A DNA stretch of 63,747 nucleotides, the filler included, from Reticulomyxa filosa (taxonomy: Eukaryota; Protista; Foraminifera), in the NCBI GenBank assembly GCA_000512085.1. It is 15 parts of 15 records of this genome, joined end to end, with 100 filler letters (N's around TTAATTAATTAA, not from the genome) between each part and the next. Parts side by side here need not be neighbours in the genome. Positions count along the whole stretch, not along the records: positions 49,488 to 52,340 come from ASPP01022278.1; positions 52,441 to 53,808 come from ASPP01034299.1; positions 53,909 to 54,918 come from ASPP01044032.1; positions 55,019 to 57,718 come from ASPP01004623.1; positions 57,819 to 59,092 come from ASPP01010375.1; positions 59,193 to 62,499 come from ASPP01008576.1; 9 more parts are not named here. One strand, given 5' to 3'. The translations under genes and the position numbers were made by a program. Shown in pieces: positions 49,743 through 60,540 of the stretch. The notes beneath the pieces were generated by a model. It made no database searches. It was not told the DNA's origin and saw only the letters and a program-made list of their open reading frames with translations. Positions within the stretch are counted from its first letter, which is position 1, and every line of letters starts with the position of its first letter.

Positions 49743-51478
49743 CTAAAACAATGACACACTTTGAAGTAAGTCAATGTTATGTTGAAAAGTCAACATAAGT
49801 TTGCACAAGTCTGTGGGGAGATCCGTAACAGTGTCGGCAATTGCCAATTGTGTGCATAATTGCACACAACTTAAGGTGTGTTTGCCTTCTTTCATTGTTG
49901 CAGTTAATTGTTCGGTCAGCTGTTCTGCGTTTCTTGTGTGTTTGGTGACGCCGCAGCAACAAAGAAACCTAACAATTTCGGATTGATTTTGGGAGATGGC
50001 GTAATCCAACAACGTCATTCCGCTATCGTCGGTACTGTTCAAGTCAAACTCTGGATGTTGTACGTATAATTGTTTCAATATATCCAATTTTCCGTGCAAA
50101 CACGATAAATGCAACGACGTTGTTTTGCTCGACGTATTTGTCTTCATGTTCACTAAGCAGTTCCCTAACAAACTTGCATGCAGATCATTATTATTCGATT
50201 TCAAAAATTCCAATACATGCTCTACCCCTCGGACTCGCAAAAAATTGTCGACAAATCCATTTGCTGACATCTGTATACGTGTGTATATTTTTTTGCATGT
50301 AATACATAAAAATTTTATTTTGTTGGTTTTAGCAACAAAAATTTTTATTTTCGAAAAAAAAAAAAAGCAATAGTAAAACCTCTTAACCATATTGTTCAAC
50401 GCAGCACATGTGTTTCGGTACAATGGCTCGTTTTCCTCTTTATTTACTTCCCATGTCAGTACACCGACTAACAAACCCAATGCTTGTTTTTTCACCAAAT
50501 TGGCTGCGTGTTTATCTGATCATTTCATTTCCAAATAAAATAAAATTTAAAAGCAATTATACGTGTGTATTTTAGAAACAGCAACGTTACGAATACACGC
50601 ACAGAAACAAATGCATCCCTCACCCCAAAAAAAAACCCGCATTTTTTTTTTGTTTTTGTTTTGAGCTGTCCAGTTTTGGAAAGTGTACATACCGGAAACG
50701 GCAATATTTGCGAGAAGACTGGTACCACTAGTTATCACAGCGATTGAGGGTTGGATGGAGTATTGAAGCAATACTTGAAGGATTAAATCCAAGTGGATTG
50801 GTTGCGCAACGACGTCTTTCAAATTCGACAAAAGGCTTAAATTGGACAATGCGCCAATGACGGTACATGCCACTTTTTCTTTGTTTTTGTGTTGCTCGAG
50901 CATTTGTAACAGCAAATTCACACCATCAACACCAATAATAGCACGGTTGGCTGGAGGGCGAGCCAAATTCCATAGCGCACTTGACGCCAGCCAACACAAC
51001 TTGTAGTCTTTGTGAAACTTGGTCACCGCTTTTTTTATCAACTTGATGCCTCCCTTTTACAATAAACACAATAAAATTATTACAAAATTGAAACGATAAT
51101 TTTGGTTTCTGTCTTTTTTGTTTTGTTTTGGTGTTGTGCGGAAAAACGTTTGTTACCAGTTCGACTGTCAAAAGGGCCCCTTCGATCTGCATTGCCAGGT
51201 TTGACAAGGAATGGCAAGCAGTTTTCTGGAGAAGAATGTTGTTTTGAAACGCTTCATCAACGCCAAAATACTTTCGATAGCTGTCCGAGTTTCGTTTTCA
51301 TTACCTTGGATCAAAAGGTTTCCCAAAGTTTCAACTTTTGAAACTACGCAGCAAAACAAACAGTTGGAATTGTTTCTCTTAAAGCAAGCAAAAAAAAAAC
51401 CAAACTTGCGTCTTCAACTGATTCTTGTTGGCATTTGCAAGCAAGCAAACTTGGTAATTGCATTAAATTTGAAAACAT
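49743..51478 (-). CDS. Armadillo-repeat + ankyrin-repeat protein, multi-exon
   Basis: ARM motifs ASSALWNLA, IGALSNLS and CAALNNM; ankyrin motifs TSLHLSCLHG and GMTLLDYA; C-terminal LPTDLCKLMLTF. Confidence 0.8.
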
Positions 51479-52063
51479 GTTGATTCTTTTTTTCTTCTTG
51501 TGAGGTTTCAACGGCAGCAAGTTATAACGTTGCCGGAAAATATTCAATCACAACGAGATGAAAAAACAAATGCTAGAAAAAAACAAATGCTAGAAAAAAA
51601 AAACTGAAAAAGTACGAGTAAATTGACTCAAAATTTTTATATTGAACAATAAAAAATAAATATTCACATAGGAAAAATTGTATAGTACTTTTCAATGTAA
51701 TATATTTTTTGTTTTAGTTCTATCCTTTAAAGATTTTTAACTTTGGGTAGGATTAAGTAATGGTTTAGCGACTATTCAATTTCAAATGTTTATTTTTTGC
51801 ACTATTTATGCATTGATTATATTTTATTAGAACTTGTGGTTTTCGTCTGTATTCGTTGTGTCTTTTTGACCCGTAACAGATCAAGCAAGTTGATTACATG
51901 TTTCAACTTTAACGTACTACCGAATAATGTATTGTGAATAGGTCTTTTTTGCTTTAAATTACGCCAGAAGTAGTTTGGCACACTTACACAGTTTTTTACT
52001 TTTTTTTTTTGAGACGAGACCAAAAAAAAAAAGACAAACAAAAACCAAGTTACTACAGTGACA

Positions 52064-52318
52064 ATGACATTTGTTCCCATATCAGGTTCTGGAGAGGCTC
52101 AGCAACACAACTATTGTGTGCAAATTCAGCCACATACATCACTGTTGCGTCCGCTTCCCCCTCCACACCCAGTTCCTTTCGTTGTGAACACGTTGCCTCT
52201 GACTCCAAATCAGAACATTCCATACAGTAAAGAATACTGTCCGGATGTATTTCCACCGACGCCCTTTTGTAAAGAGAGCAAGGGTTTCCCGTTTGTCAAT
52301 CCACCAAGTCCTCCCATG
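52064..52318 (+). CDS. First exon of a proline-rich protein; 3' partial
   Basis: ATG-initiated Pro-rich frame ending at a GTATG donor next to the contig edge. Confidence 0.4.
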
Positions 52319-52440
52319 GTATGTTCCAAAAAAAAAAAAANNNNNNNNNNNNNNNNNNNNNNNNNNNNNNNNNNNNNNNNNNNNTTAATTAATTAANNNN
52401 NNNNNNNNNNNNNNNNNNNNNNNNNNNNNNNNNNNNNNNN

Positions 52441-52512
52441 TTTTTCATGTAGAAAATCAATCATCTATATAAGGTGCCATTTTAGGTATCAACTTTACTT
52501 TCCATTTTACCG
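52441..52512 (+). repeat. Terminal part of a Tc1-family TIR ending ...CATTTTACCG|TA
   Basis: Close match to 9478-9545 (TTTTTCATGTAGAAAATCAATCAT...TAAGGTGCCATT), followed by TA. Confidence 0.75.
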
Positions 52513-52719
52513 TATTTCTCACGAAAATTATGTTTAAAAGGAATGTCATTAGATTTTTTTTAAAAGTGTATTGAAAAGCCTTCTTTGGGGTCAGTGTAAT
52601 TATTAGTTTTGTTTATCAAATATGGAGCAATCAATAACTTTTTTGTTAAATCTCACGCAATATACTGTTTTCTTTCTGCACTTAAGCAAAATAATTTTTA
52701 AGCTGATTTTCTGTTTTTG

Positions 52720-53370
52720 GAAAAACTGCCATACCTAAATGGCATCTATATGAAAGAATCGATTTTCTTCATGAAAAATAAACACAAATCTTGTAGTTTT
52801 TAAATATGAAATTGGTTTATAATAACTTTTTCTAGATTGATCAAAAACACAGTTTTTTCAAAATTTCACAGAATGCAGATAAATCAAACCTTTAAATCTT
52901 TTGTTTCTTTTTTAGGAATCTTCAAGTCACGTAGATACTTTTTAAAAAAGAATTAGCCTTGTATCTTTTGTAGTCTTTGAAAAAAATTAAAGTTTAAAAT
53001 TTAACTTTTTCAAATTTAGTTTTTCACAACGCCTTTTGCACCAAAATATCTCCACCAGATCTTGACCTTTTGGTTATACCTTTATCTAAGTCTTGGTTTT
53101 GCTTTTTCAAACATATTTGATTCTATCACTTCCGTACAAATTAATCTTTATTATCTTTACAATTTTACACTAAACTCGTAAAGGAATATTTTCTGACTTG
53201 CCAGAGCCAGCATTTCTCAAAATAACAATTAAAAATGTCAACAATAAAAAAAAATTATATTTAAAAACTATAGATATTTTTTTAAAAAATTAGGTTTAAA
53301 TGTTTATTTCTCATTAAGAAAATCGATTCTCTTCATATATGTGCCATTTAGATATGTCAGTTTTTTGTAA
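52720..53370 (-). mobile_element. Internally deleted (MITE-sized) Tc1-family element
   Basis: Inverted TIR copies at ~52720-52825 and ~53245-53370. Remnant at 53151-53028 (IKINLYGSDRIKYV*K...FGAKGV) is alignable by eye to ~34737-34880. Confidence 0.75.
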
Positions 53371-53628
53371 AATCTATTAAAAATATTCGGCGCTTTTCAA
53401 AATAGTCTTAATCATGCCATTGTGTGATATAATTTTTATTATTATGCTTTGAACTCTTTACAAAACATTGAATGCAGTTTTTCAATTTTTTTAAAAAACA
53501 AAGTAAAATAAAACACATATTTCAATGCTTATATTCAATCAAATCAAACGAATTTAATATCATCTTACTTTTCTTTTAATCAAACTTTCGAACAAAAACA
53601 CTTTCATTTCTATTCGATAAAAAATAAA

Positions 53629-53808
53629 TTATCCATAAATATAAATGGGACCTTTGATTGAACCATAACACAAATTCAAATCATATTTAACATTATTTGT
53701 TTTCTCTTTTTTTTTCAATACAATACATTTAAGACATAATATTCCATTATATTCTTTATCATCCCCTTTGATCATATACAATTGATCCTTATTTGATCGA
53801 ATATCCCA
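53629..53808 (-). pseudogene. 3' end of a WD40 family gene, frameshifted
   Basis: WDIRSNKDQLYMIKG... then stops/frameshift before LCYGSIKGPIYIYG*; paralogous to 55019-55366. Confidence 0.65.
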
Positions 53809-53908
53809 NNNNNNNNNNNNNNNNNNNNNNNNNNNNNNNNNNNNNNNNNNNNTTAATTAATTAANNNNNNNNNNNNNNNNNNNNNNNNNNNNNNNNNNNN
53901 NNNNNNNN

Positions 53909-54367
53909 ACAATACTCAATTCAGCTAATGTTGATATGGACTATCAAAATTGAAATAATATAAAAATTCCTTATGCAATTTTAGATTGTGCATTTCTTGA
54001 AGGAACTGATTTTAGCAATGCAAAATTGGATCATGTGCATTTTCATCAAGCTTGCTTAACCAAGGTTAATTTCACAAATGCATCAATGAATAATATTTAC
54101 TTTTGAGAATATGCATATTTAGAAGGACATTCAAAGGGAGTAAAGGGAATTAAATTTTCACCAGATCGAACAAAAATATTATCTTATTCAAATGATAAGA
54201 CAATTCGAATATGGGATACATCATCAAGAAAACAGCTTCATGTACTAGAAGAACATTCAGATGGAATAAATGCAGCTGATTTTTCACATGACAGTTCCAA
54301 AATTGTGTCACGTTCAGGGAATAAAACTATTCGAATATGGGATATGATCTTTGTAAGTTTGGATTAG
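53909..54367 (+). pseudogene. Pentapeptide-repeat + WD40 fragment (NACHT-WD40/NLR-like architecture)
   Basis: TILNSANV...IKIPYAILDCAFLEGTDFSNAKLDHV...ACLTKVNFTNASM...LEGHS...DKTIRIWD. In-frame TGA at 53951 and 54104; ends after two WD repeats. Confidence 0.75.
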
Positions 54368-54470
54368 TTTTTGAACAGAAAAATTTTCTACTTTTGCATT
54401 AAAAAAAGATAACTGTTCATTAAAAAAAAAAATAATAATTTATTTTAATTTTGCTACTTCAAAATTTATT

Positions 54471-54918
54471 TCATCGAATGTATTTCATAATAATTTTATC
54501 AAAATCATCGATCCACCCTAATTTTATCTTTAAAATTTGAGTCCAGTATTCAATAATACATTTTATTTCTTTTTTTGACTATTCATATTTATTATTTGTT
54601 AATCAGTTTTATATAATCAAATTTATTTGTGTTTGATCAAAATAAATAAATAGACAAATCATTACCAATTGTAAAGGATCCCATACACGCACGTTTGTTT
54701 TCATGTGTGTTGATACAGATCTGTTATTATATCCTCCAATAATGTGTATATAATTGTCTTCTTCATTCAATATTGCAAAACAATCACACAATGGACTGGG
54801 TAAAGTGTTTTGAAATTTCATCCATTTTTTTTCTTGAATTGAATACTTGTGCACTGATTTTGAAACAATATGATCCTTCCAATTATATCCACCAAAGAAC
54901 AAGATGACATCATTGATA
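54471..54918 (-). CDS. Kelch-like protein, 3' end, with C-terminal LGWIxDFDK module exon
   Basis: LFFGGY...KYSIQEKKW...IHIIGGY...VWDPLQL | intron 54665-54579 | SKKEIKCIIEYWTQILKIKLGWIDDFDKIIMKYIR*. Confidence 0.8.
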
Positions 54919-55018
54919 NNNNNNNNNNNNNNNNNNNNNNNNNNNNNNNNNNNNNNNNNNNNTTAATTAATTAANNNNNNNNNNNNNNNNNNNNNNNNNN
55001 NNNNNNNNNNNNNNNNNN

Positions 55019-55366
55019 CGTTTGTGGGATATTCGATCTGATCAACAAATTCAAATGTTCAATGGACATATAGATACTGTGATGTGTGTTGAATATTCGC
55101 CATTTGTAAATGGATTTGTTGGCGGCAGTTCAAATGTGATATGTTCTGGCTCATATGATAATACAATTCGTTTTTGGGACATTCGATCAAATAAGAATGA
55201 ATTGCATGTGATCAAAGGAAATGAGAAAGAAGAGAGTAGAGTATATTGTCTTAAATTTGTTCCATTGAAAAAAAAAGGACATAACAATGAACAAAAATTA
55301 AATGATTATTGTGATATTTGTTTATGTTATGGTTTACACAATGGTCCGATATGTGTTTGGGGATAA
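55019..55366 (+). CDS. WD40 family protein, 3' end
   Basis: FNGH...EYSPF...ICSGSYDNTIRFWDIRSNK...GPICVWG*. Confidence 0.8.
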   Translation, partial: RLWDIRSDQQIQMFNGHIDTVMCVEYSPFVNGFVGGSSNVICSGSYDNTIRFWDIRSNKNELHVIKGNEKEESRVYCLKFVPLKKKGHNNEQKLNDYCDICLCYGLHNGPICVWG

Positions 55367-55842
55367 AAAAATTTGTTCAAGGTGATTGACTTTATTGTAG
55401 GAGAAATGCAATTGTTTTTTAATCTGACTATGAAAGAAGAATAATTTGAAATGTCTGTTACTTTTACTCTTAATATAATATTGTCATATGCACACATAAT
55501 CTGAAAATTCTGCTATAATTTTGGTTTTGTACAAACGCAACTGTACATTAATACTTTTTTTCTTCAAAAAAAAAGGCTTTCTAATCGAACATTTGCCAAT
55601 ATTGGCTTTATTCATCTTACAAGACTTATAATCAAGGTTCTGAAAAGAAAAAGATAAGGATTGAATGTTGTATGACAGATCGAATTCTTTATTATTTGAA
55701 TCATTAGAGAAAGTGAACATGAACCATTAACAAAAATAAGGACATATAATGAATTTTCTAATTCAAGTGATTTTTTTGTTTCACAAGAAAAAAATTCAAG
55801 TACAAAATTTTTAAATTTATTTGGAAGAAAAGCTTATAATTT

Positions 55843-56279
55843 TTATCTTCGGATACGACGAGCTAAATGGATATCTTTGGTCATATTGATGACTCGCTTT
55901 GCATGAATTGCACACAGACTTGTACTCTCAAACAACGACACAATATATGCTTCGGTCGCTTCTTGCGTGCCATTATGCGGATGACTGAAATCGCAAGTCT
56001 TTTTTGGATTCTTGTGCAATATCACGACAAATCGTTGAAAAGGCAGTTTCCTAATTTAAAATAAAAATAAAAATATCAAAATATTACTATAAATGCTGAT
56101 CAATAATTCTGTTGATTTTTGATACTTTCGAATTTCTCTTAAAGTAACTGTTCCTGGTCGATAGAGTGTGCTCTTTTGGTTCTCCCAGCGATTGTGTTTT
56201 GCAAGATACTTCTGTGGAATATTGTACATCGACGTCCTAAGGCACAAACATTTTTTGCTGTTAGTTTTGTTCGGGCCAT
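55843..56279 (-). pseudogene. H3: Histone H3 pseudogene
   Basis: MARTK..., [44 protein letters not shown] and LCAIHAKRV lie in shifting frames (several indels). The intron after ELLI has lost its GT donor. Confidence 0.88.
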
Positions 56280-56877
56280 AGACTTTTAATGTAGGTTTTT
56301 TTATTTGAAAAAAAGAAGAGTTTTTTAGTCTTGTTTAAAAGAGTTTTTTATCATCCAGTTCTTTTTTAGAACACGCAATAATTTTTAGAATATTTGTCGT
56401 TGTCATTTTTTTTAACTTTAGAAAATTTGAAAAAGAATTTTTGAGGAAAAATTTCAATTCATGTTTAGTGAAGGGTTCTATTCGTTTTTGGGGATAGTGT
56501 CATTTTTCCAACAATAAAAGTTATTGAGTGAATAAGTGCAAATTTTAAGAAGGCAAAGTTTTATATTTTGTTTTGAATTGCGATATTTTAGCAATTCTTC
56601 AATTACTTGTCCATGAACAATACTCAACAGTGAAATAAGTTGAAAATTTTTTATTTTCAGTTGTTGAGAATAAAGATACTTAAAGATGAATTTTACTCAC
56701 AAAAAAACCCCAAAATATTCCACCATGTTGTTTCACAAGCAGTCTTTGTCCATCTTTCAAACCTTTTGTGTTTTCCTAATATTATCTTTCAATGTTGACT
56801 AAAACACAAGGAGGTAAGAAAGGGAGTTTTAAAAAAACTGGAGTATGCGCAGAACTTTTTCATCATAACTTATAACC

Positions 56878-57718
56878 ATGAACCAAAACAAAAAAATGTC
56901 GTACAAGGCTTTTGTCTACTTTGAAAAAAAGATGCATCGAGTACTACTTGCCTCTTTGAAATTAAAAAGATTGGAAAAAAAAGTGGTGGAGATCATTAAC
57001 AGTACTAAAAATGACAATGATAAAACAGTGAATTATACACCACGTTTTAAAATTGTTGACAATAATAGTCGAGAAATTACCAACGATAAGCAATTAAAAA
57101 CTGCATTTAACGCTGAAGATGTTTTCTTTTTTGTTCATCCCATTGGTATGTTTGTTTCTATTTTCTATTTAGTACTTGTTAATTTTAAAACTAATAAAAA
57201 TAACAATGATTGATACAATAGATAATAGCAACAATGAAATGAAATATCCAGAAGATGAAAAAATAGAAGAAGAAGAAGAAGACATTGATGAACATCACAG
57301 TATTTTAAATCCATTAGTGCTGTTAACTGGGGCTGCAGAATATAAAAATTTAAAGTATTTGCCTGGAGTGAAAGTAGATTTAATGAAGTTTCGAAATTTA
57401 TTTGAAGATGTGTATGGATATGAAGTGCACTGTACATATGATCCAAACAAACATGAAACCGAATCATTAACATTCAATGAGTTAAATATTTTTTTAACTC
57501 ATCATTATTCTAACTTAATTAAAACAAATAATAATGAAAAGAATTATGATTCATTAATATTTATATGGTGTGGTCATGGTAACACAACAGAAGAAGGAGA
57601 TACATTAATAACATCAGATGATGATAACTATAAACCTTTTAAAAAAATTCAAGAATTATTTACAAGTGATACAAATGTATTTTTAAATAAACCAAAAATA
57701 TTTATTAAAAATGCATGT
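56878..57718 (+). CDS. Caspase-like (peptidase C14/CHF) protease with N-terminal prodomain; 3' partial; intron 57146-57221
   Basis: Catalytic dyad motifs IFIWCGHG (His 57575-57577) and KPKIFIKNAC (Cys 57716-57718). A phase-1 GT-AG intron joins the two ORFs. Confidence 0.85.
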
Positions 57719-58169
57719 NNNNNNNNNNNNNNNNNNNNNNNNNNNNNNNNNNNNNNNNNNNNTTAATTAATTAANNNNNNNNNNNNNNNNNNNNNNNNNN
57801 NNNNNNNNNNNNNNNNNNTTTTTTTTTTTTTTTTTTTTTTTTTTTGACAAACCTTTCAATTCTTCATTCTTCGCTTTGTTTAGTTCTTCTTGTGTCTTTT
57901 CCAGTTCTTTTTTCTATTTATTATTTTTTTTTTTTTGCCCCCCCTCCCCCCTCCCCTCTTGTCCATAGTATTTGTATCTACCTTAATGCGAAACAAAGAG
58001 GAAAAAAAAAAAAAAAAAAAAAAGGGAGAAGATGAAATAGAGGGTCGAGAGTTACAGCAATTGACAAACAAGAGAAAGAAACAATTTTGCAATAAGAGAG
58101 ACAGAGAGGGTTGAAACAAATGCCACTCTTTGTATGTGTATATGTGTGTTAATCAATAGTGAAGCGGTG

Positions 58170-58995
58170 GTGGGAATATTCATATGTGTATGACTTATAA
58201 CTGTATCATTGTATTTGCTTTTCCATTCGTTCACTTGCGCCTCCAGATTTGATAGCTTTCGTGTGTGTGTGTGTGTGTGATGCGCATTGTGTAAGAGAAG
58301 AATGGAGAAGGTGCGAAGATGTAAAAGGAGAAGACCATATATGTATATGCATATATGTATACAAAATTAAACAAACACAAAAGTAAATAGATAAATAGAT
58401 AGAGATATTGTCAAAAATCGAAAATCAAATATGCCACAACGTACATTGCCTTGATCCTGTGCATTGGCCAACAAAGACAAAAACAAAAACCAAACCTCGT
58501 ATATAAAATGTTTCGTGTTTCAAATTTATTTATTTTTTTATTTTATAAAAAAAAAAAAGGTGTTTCGTTTGTCGTGGACAAACAAAAGTATGTCAACAAA
58601 AAAGGGGGGGAAGCAATCTCAACTATATTTTGGTGTTTAGCTTGTTTTAAGGTGGAATTCTCCAACTCCAATAATTTGATCGTTTGTTTTAACTCTCTGA
58701 TTTGCTGGGCATAGTTGTCAGATATGTGTTCATCGCTACGAACAGAAGAAGGTTGATCCAACCCTTCGATCCTTTCGTCCGACATCAGTGCTGTCTCCAA
58801 CTCCCTCACGCGCGCTTGGAGCATGCTTATCTTCTCTTCGCTCGTGTCTTTGGCGTCCAGTAGTTTTTGAAACATGCGATTGTGCAATGTTGTCACCGAC
58901 TGTCTACGGTCCAACTCACTGTCATTGCTTTTCATTTTTTCTATCCTTATTTCGTTTTCCAATTGTTTGTTCTGATTTTGCAATTCCTCCACTTT
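58170..58995 (-). CDS. Internal exons of a coiled-coil protein
   Basis: VEELQNQNKQLENEI...LQARVRELE...IRELKQTIKLLELEN heptads flanked by intron-like sequence. Confidence 0.45.
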
Positions 58996-59192
58996 TTTTT
59001 TTTTTTTTATTTTTTTTAAAATGTATGTTTGCACGAATGCATAAAGAATGCACTTAACATTATAATATACAGATACATATAATATATACATANNNNNNNN
59101 NNNNNNNNNNNNNNNNNNNNNNNNNNNNNNNNNNNNTTAATTAATTAANNNNNNNNNNNNNNNNNNNNNNNNNNNNNNNNNNNNNNNNNNNN

Positions 59193-60067
59193 TCTTCTTC
59201 TTCTTCTTCTTCTTCTTCTTCCTCTTCCTCTTCTTCGTCTTCATCCTCCTCATCTCCGTCCTCATCCTCGTCCTCCTCTTCATTTACTCTCTTATTTTTT
59301 GCCTCATTCGGATTGGATGAGTTCTTGTCCTTGTAGTGATCCTGCTGATTCATGTGCGTTTCCATATCGACTTCTGTTTCTGTTTCTGTTTCCATCCCCG
59401 TTTCGGTCTCTGCTTCCAATGTGTCGTCGTCTGCTTTTGATCCACTGCCGATATGCCCATTGTTTCGATTTTCATGCTCTGGGTACAGTATCCCATTTTT
59501 GTTCTTATTTTCGTTTGGCATTTTTTTATTTGCTTTCCCATTCTTTTTCTTTGCACACACACATATATGTATATGTATATTCATTTTCATATTTATATTT
59601 ACATATTTTTTTTTTTTGCGATTTTTCAAATATAACAAAAATTAAAAAGTTAAAGGGAACAAAATTTCACCCTTTCTTTCTTGCTCTCTCTCTCAATCCC
59701 TTCTTTCTGAACACACAAAATCTAACTGGTCTGATTTCGAAATCCGAGTATTCCGACACAACATCTTGTGAATGCTCTTCTTCAATTGTTTCGTTTTGAT
59801 TGAGTGATTGACTGAATGTATCTAAATCCGAGTCTGAGTCAAGTCCGTTACTGTTTTTAACTTGCATTTTTTGTTTTTGTCTATGCTTGATTTTCACTCA
59901 TTAAAAATAATTTAAAGTTGGTCTGTTTTTTTACAGTTGTTACCAAGGTCCGGTCTCGCAATTGATGTTCTTCTTTGTTCAGACAAATGGATTGCCGGAT
60001 TATCCCTTAAGGCCGGCATTTCTTTAAGCCCCCATCCTGGGGGATTGGTTAAATCAGAGCTTGACAT
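59193..60067 (-). CDS. 5' part of an acidic low-complexity protein
   Basis: MSSSDLTNPPGWG... start, with later exons ending in poly-Glu at the contig edge. Confidence 0.45.
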
Positions 60068-60540
60068 GATCTTTATCGTCTCGTATTATTGATCCCCCTT
60101 TCTTTCCTTTGTTGTCCAACTTCTAAAGCACATACAACTTCAACATTTTGCTGAATTTTATATTTTAATCTTTTTTCTGCACAACGTGGCAGAATAATTG
60201 AAAAATATTGATAGCTTATCCAAAGATAAGATAAAACAATCAACAATTTACAAAAATGCATCAATACTTAAGAATTTCTAAGATTTGGACAATGGCCAAA
60301 TTTACTCCAAACTTTAAATATATAATAAATTGGACAATATCTATTCCGGTAATATCTGGAGCCACCTCCTAATGGATACAAAATGCAAAGACAAGCTAGT
60401 AATTTGTTGAAGAATTTTGTTTTATTAAGATTAAACAAAACTATTGGGTTTTCTAAACCCTCTCGAAGCTGTTTTATATGAAAGCCGATCGGTTAAGTAA
60501 CGAGGTTTTGTTGAGAATATTTAAAGGCAAAATTATCCTA

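Noticed and set aside
34700-54110. TGA at expected Trp positions (Tc1 remnants; 53951), suggesting UGA recoding
   Set aside because: Other in-frame TGAs fall at probable Gly or Arg/Cys positions, the same relics carry TAA/TAG and frameshifts, and intact genes use TGG for Trp and TGA as a stop (7558-7560, 20791-20793).
53629-57718. Apparent immune gene cluster (WD40, NLR-like, Kelch, H3, caspase)
   Set aside because: The genes lie on three separate contigs joined by spacers, so the clustering is largely artificial.
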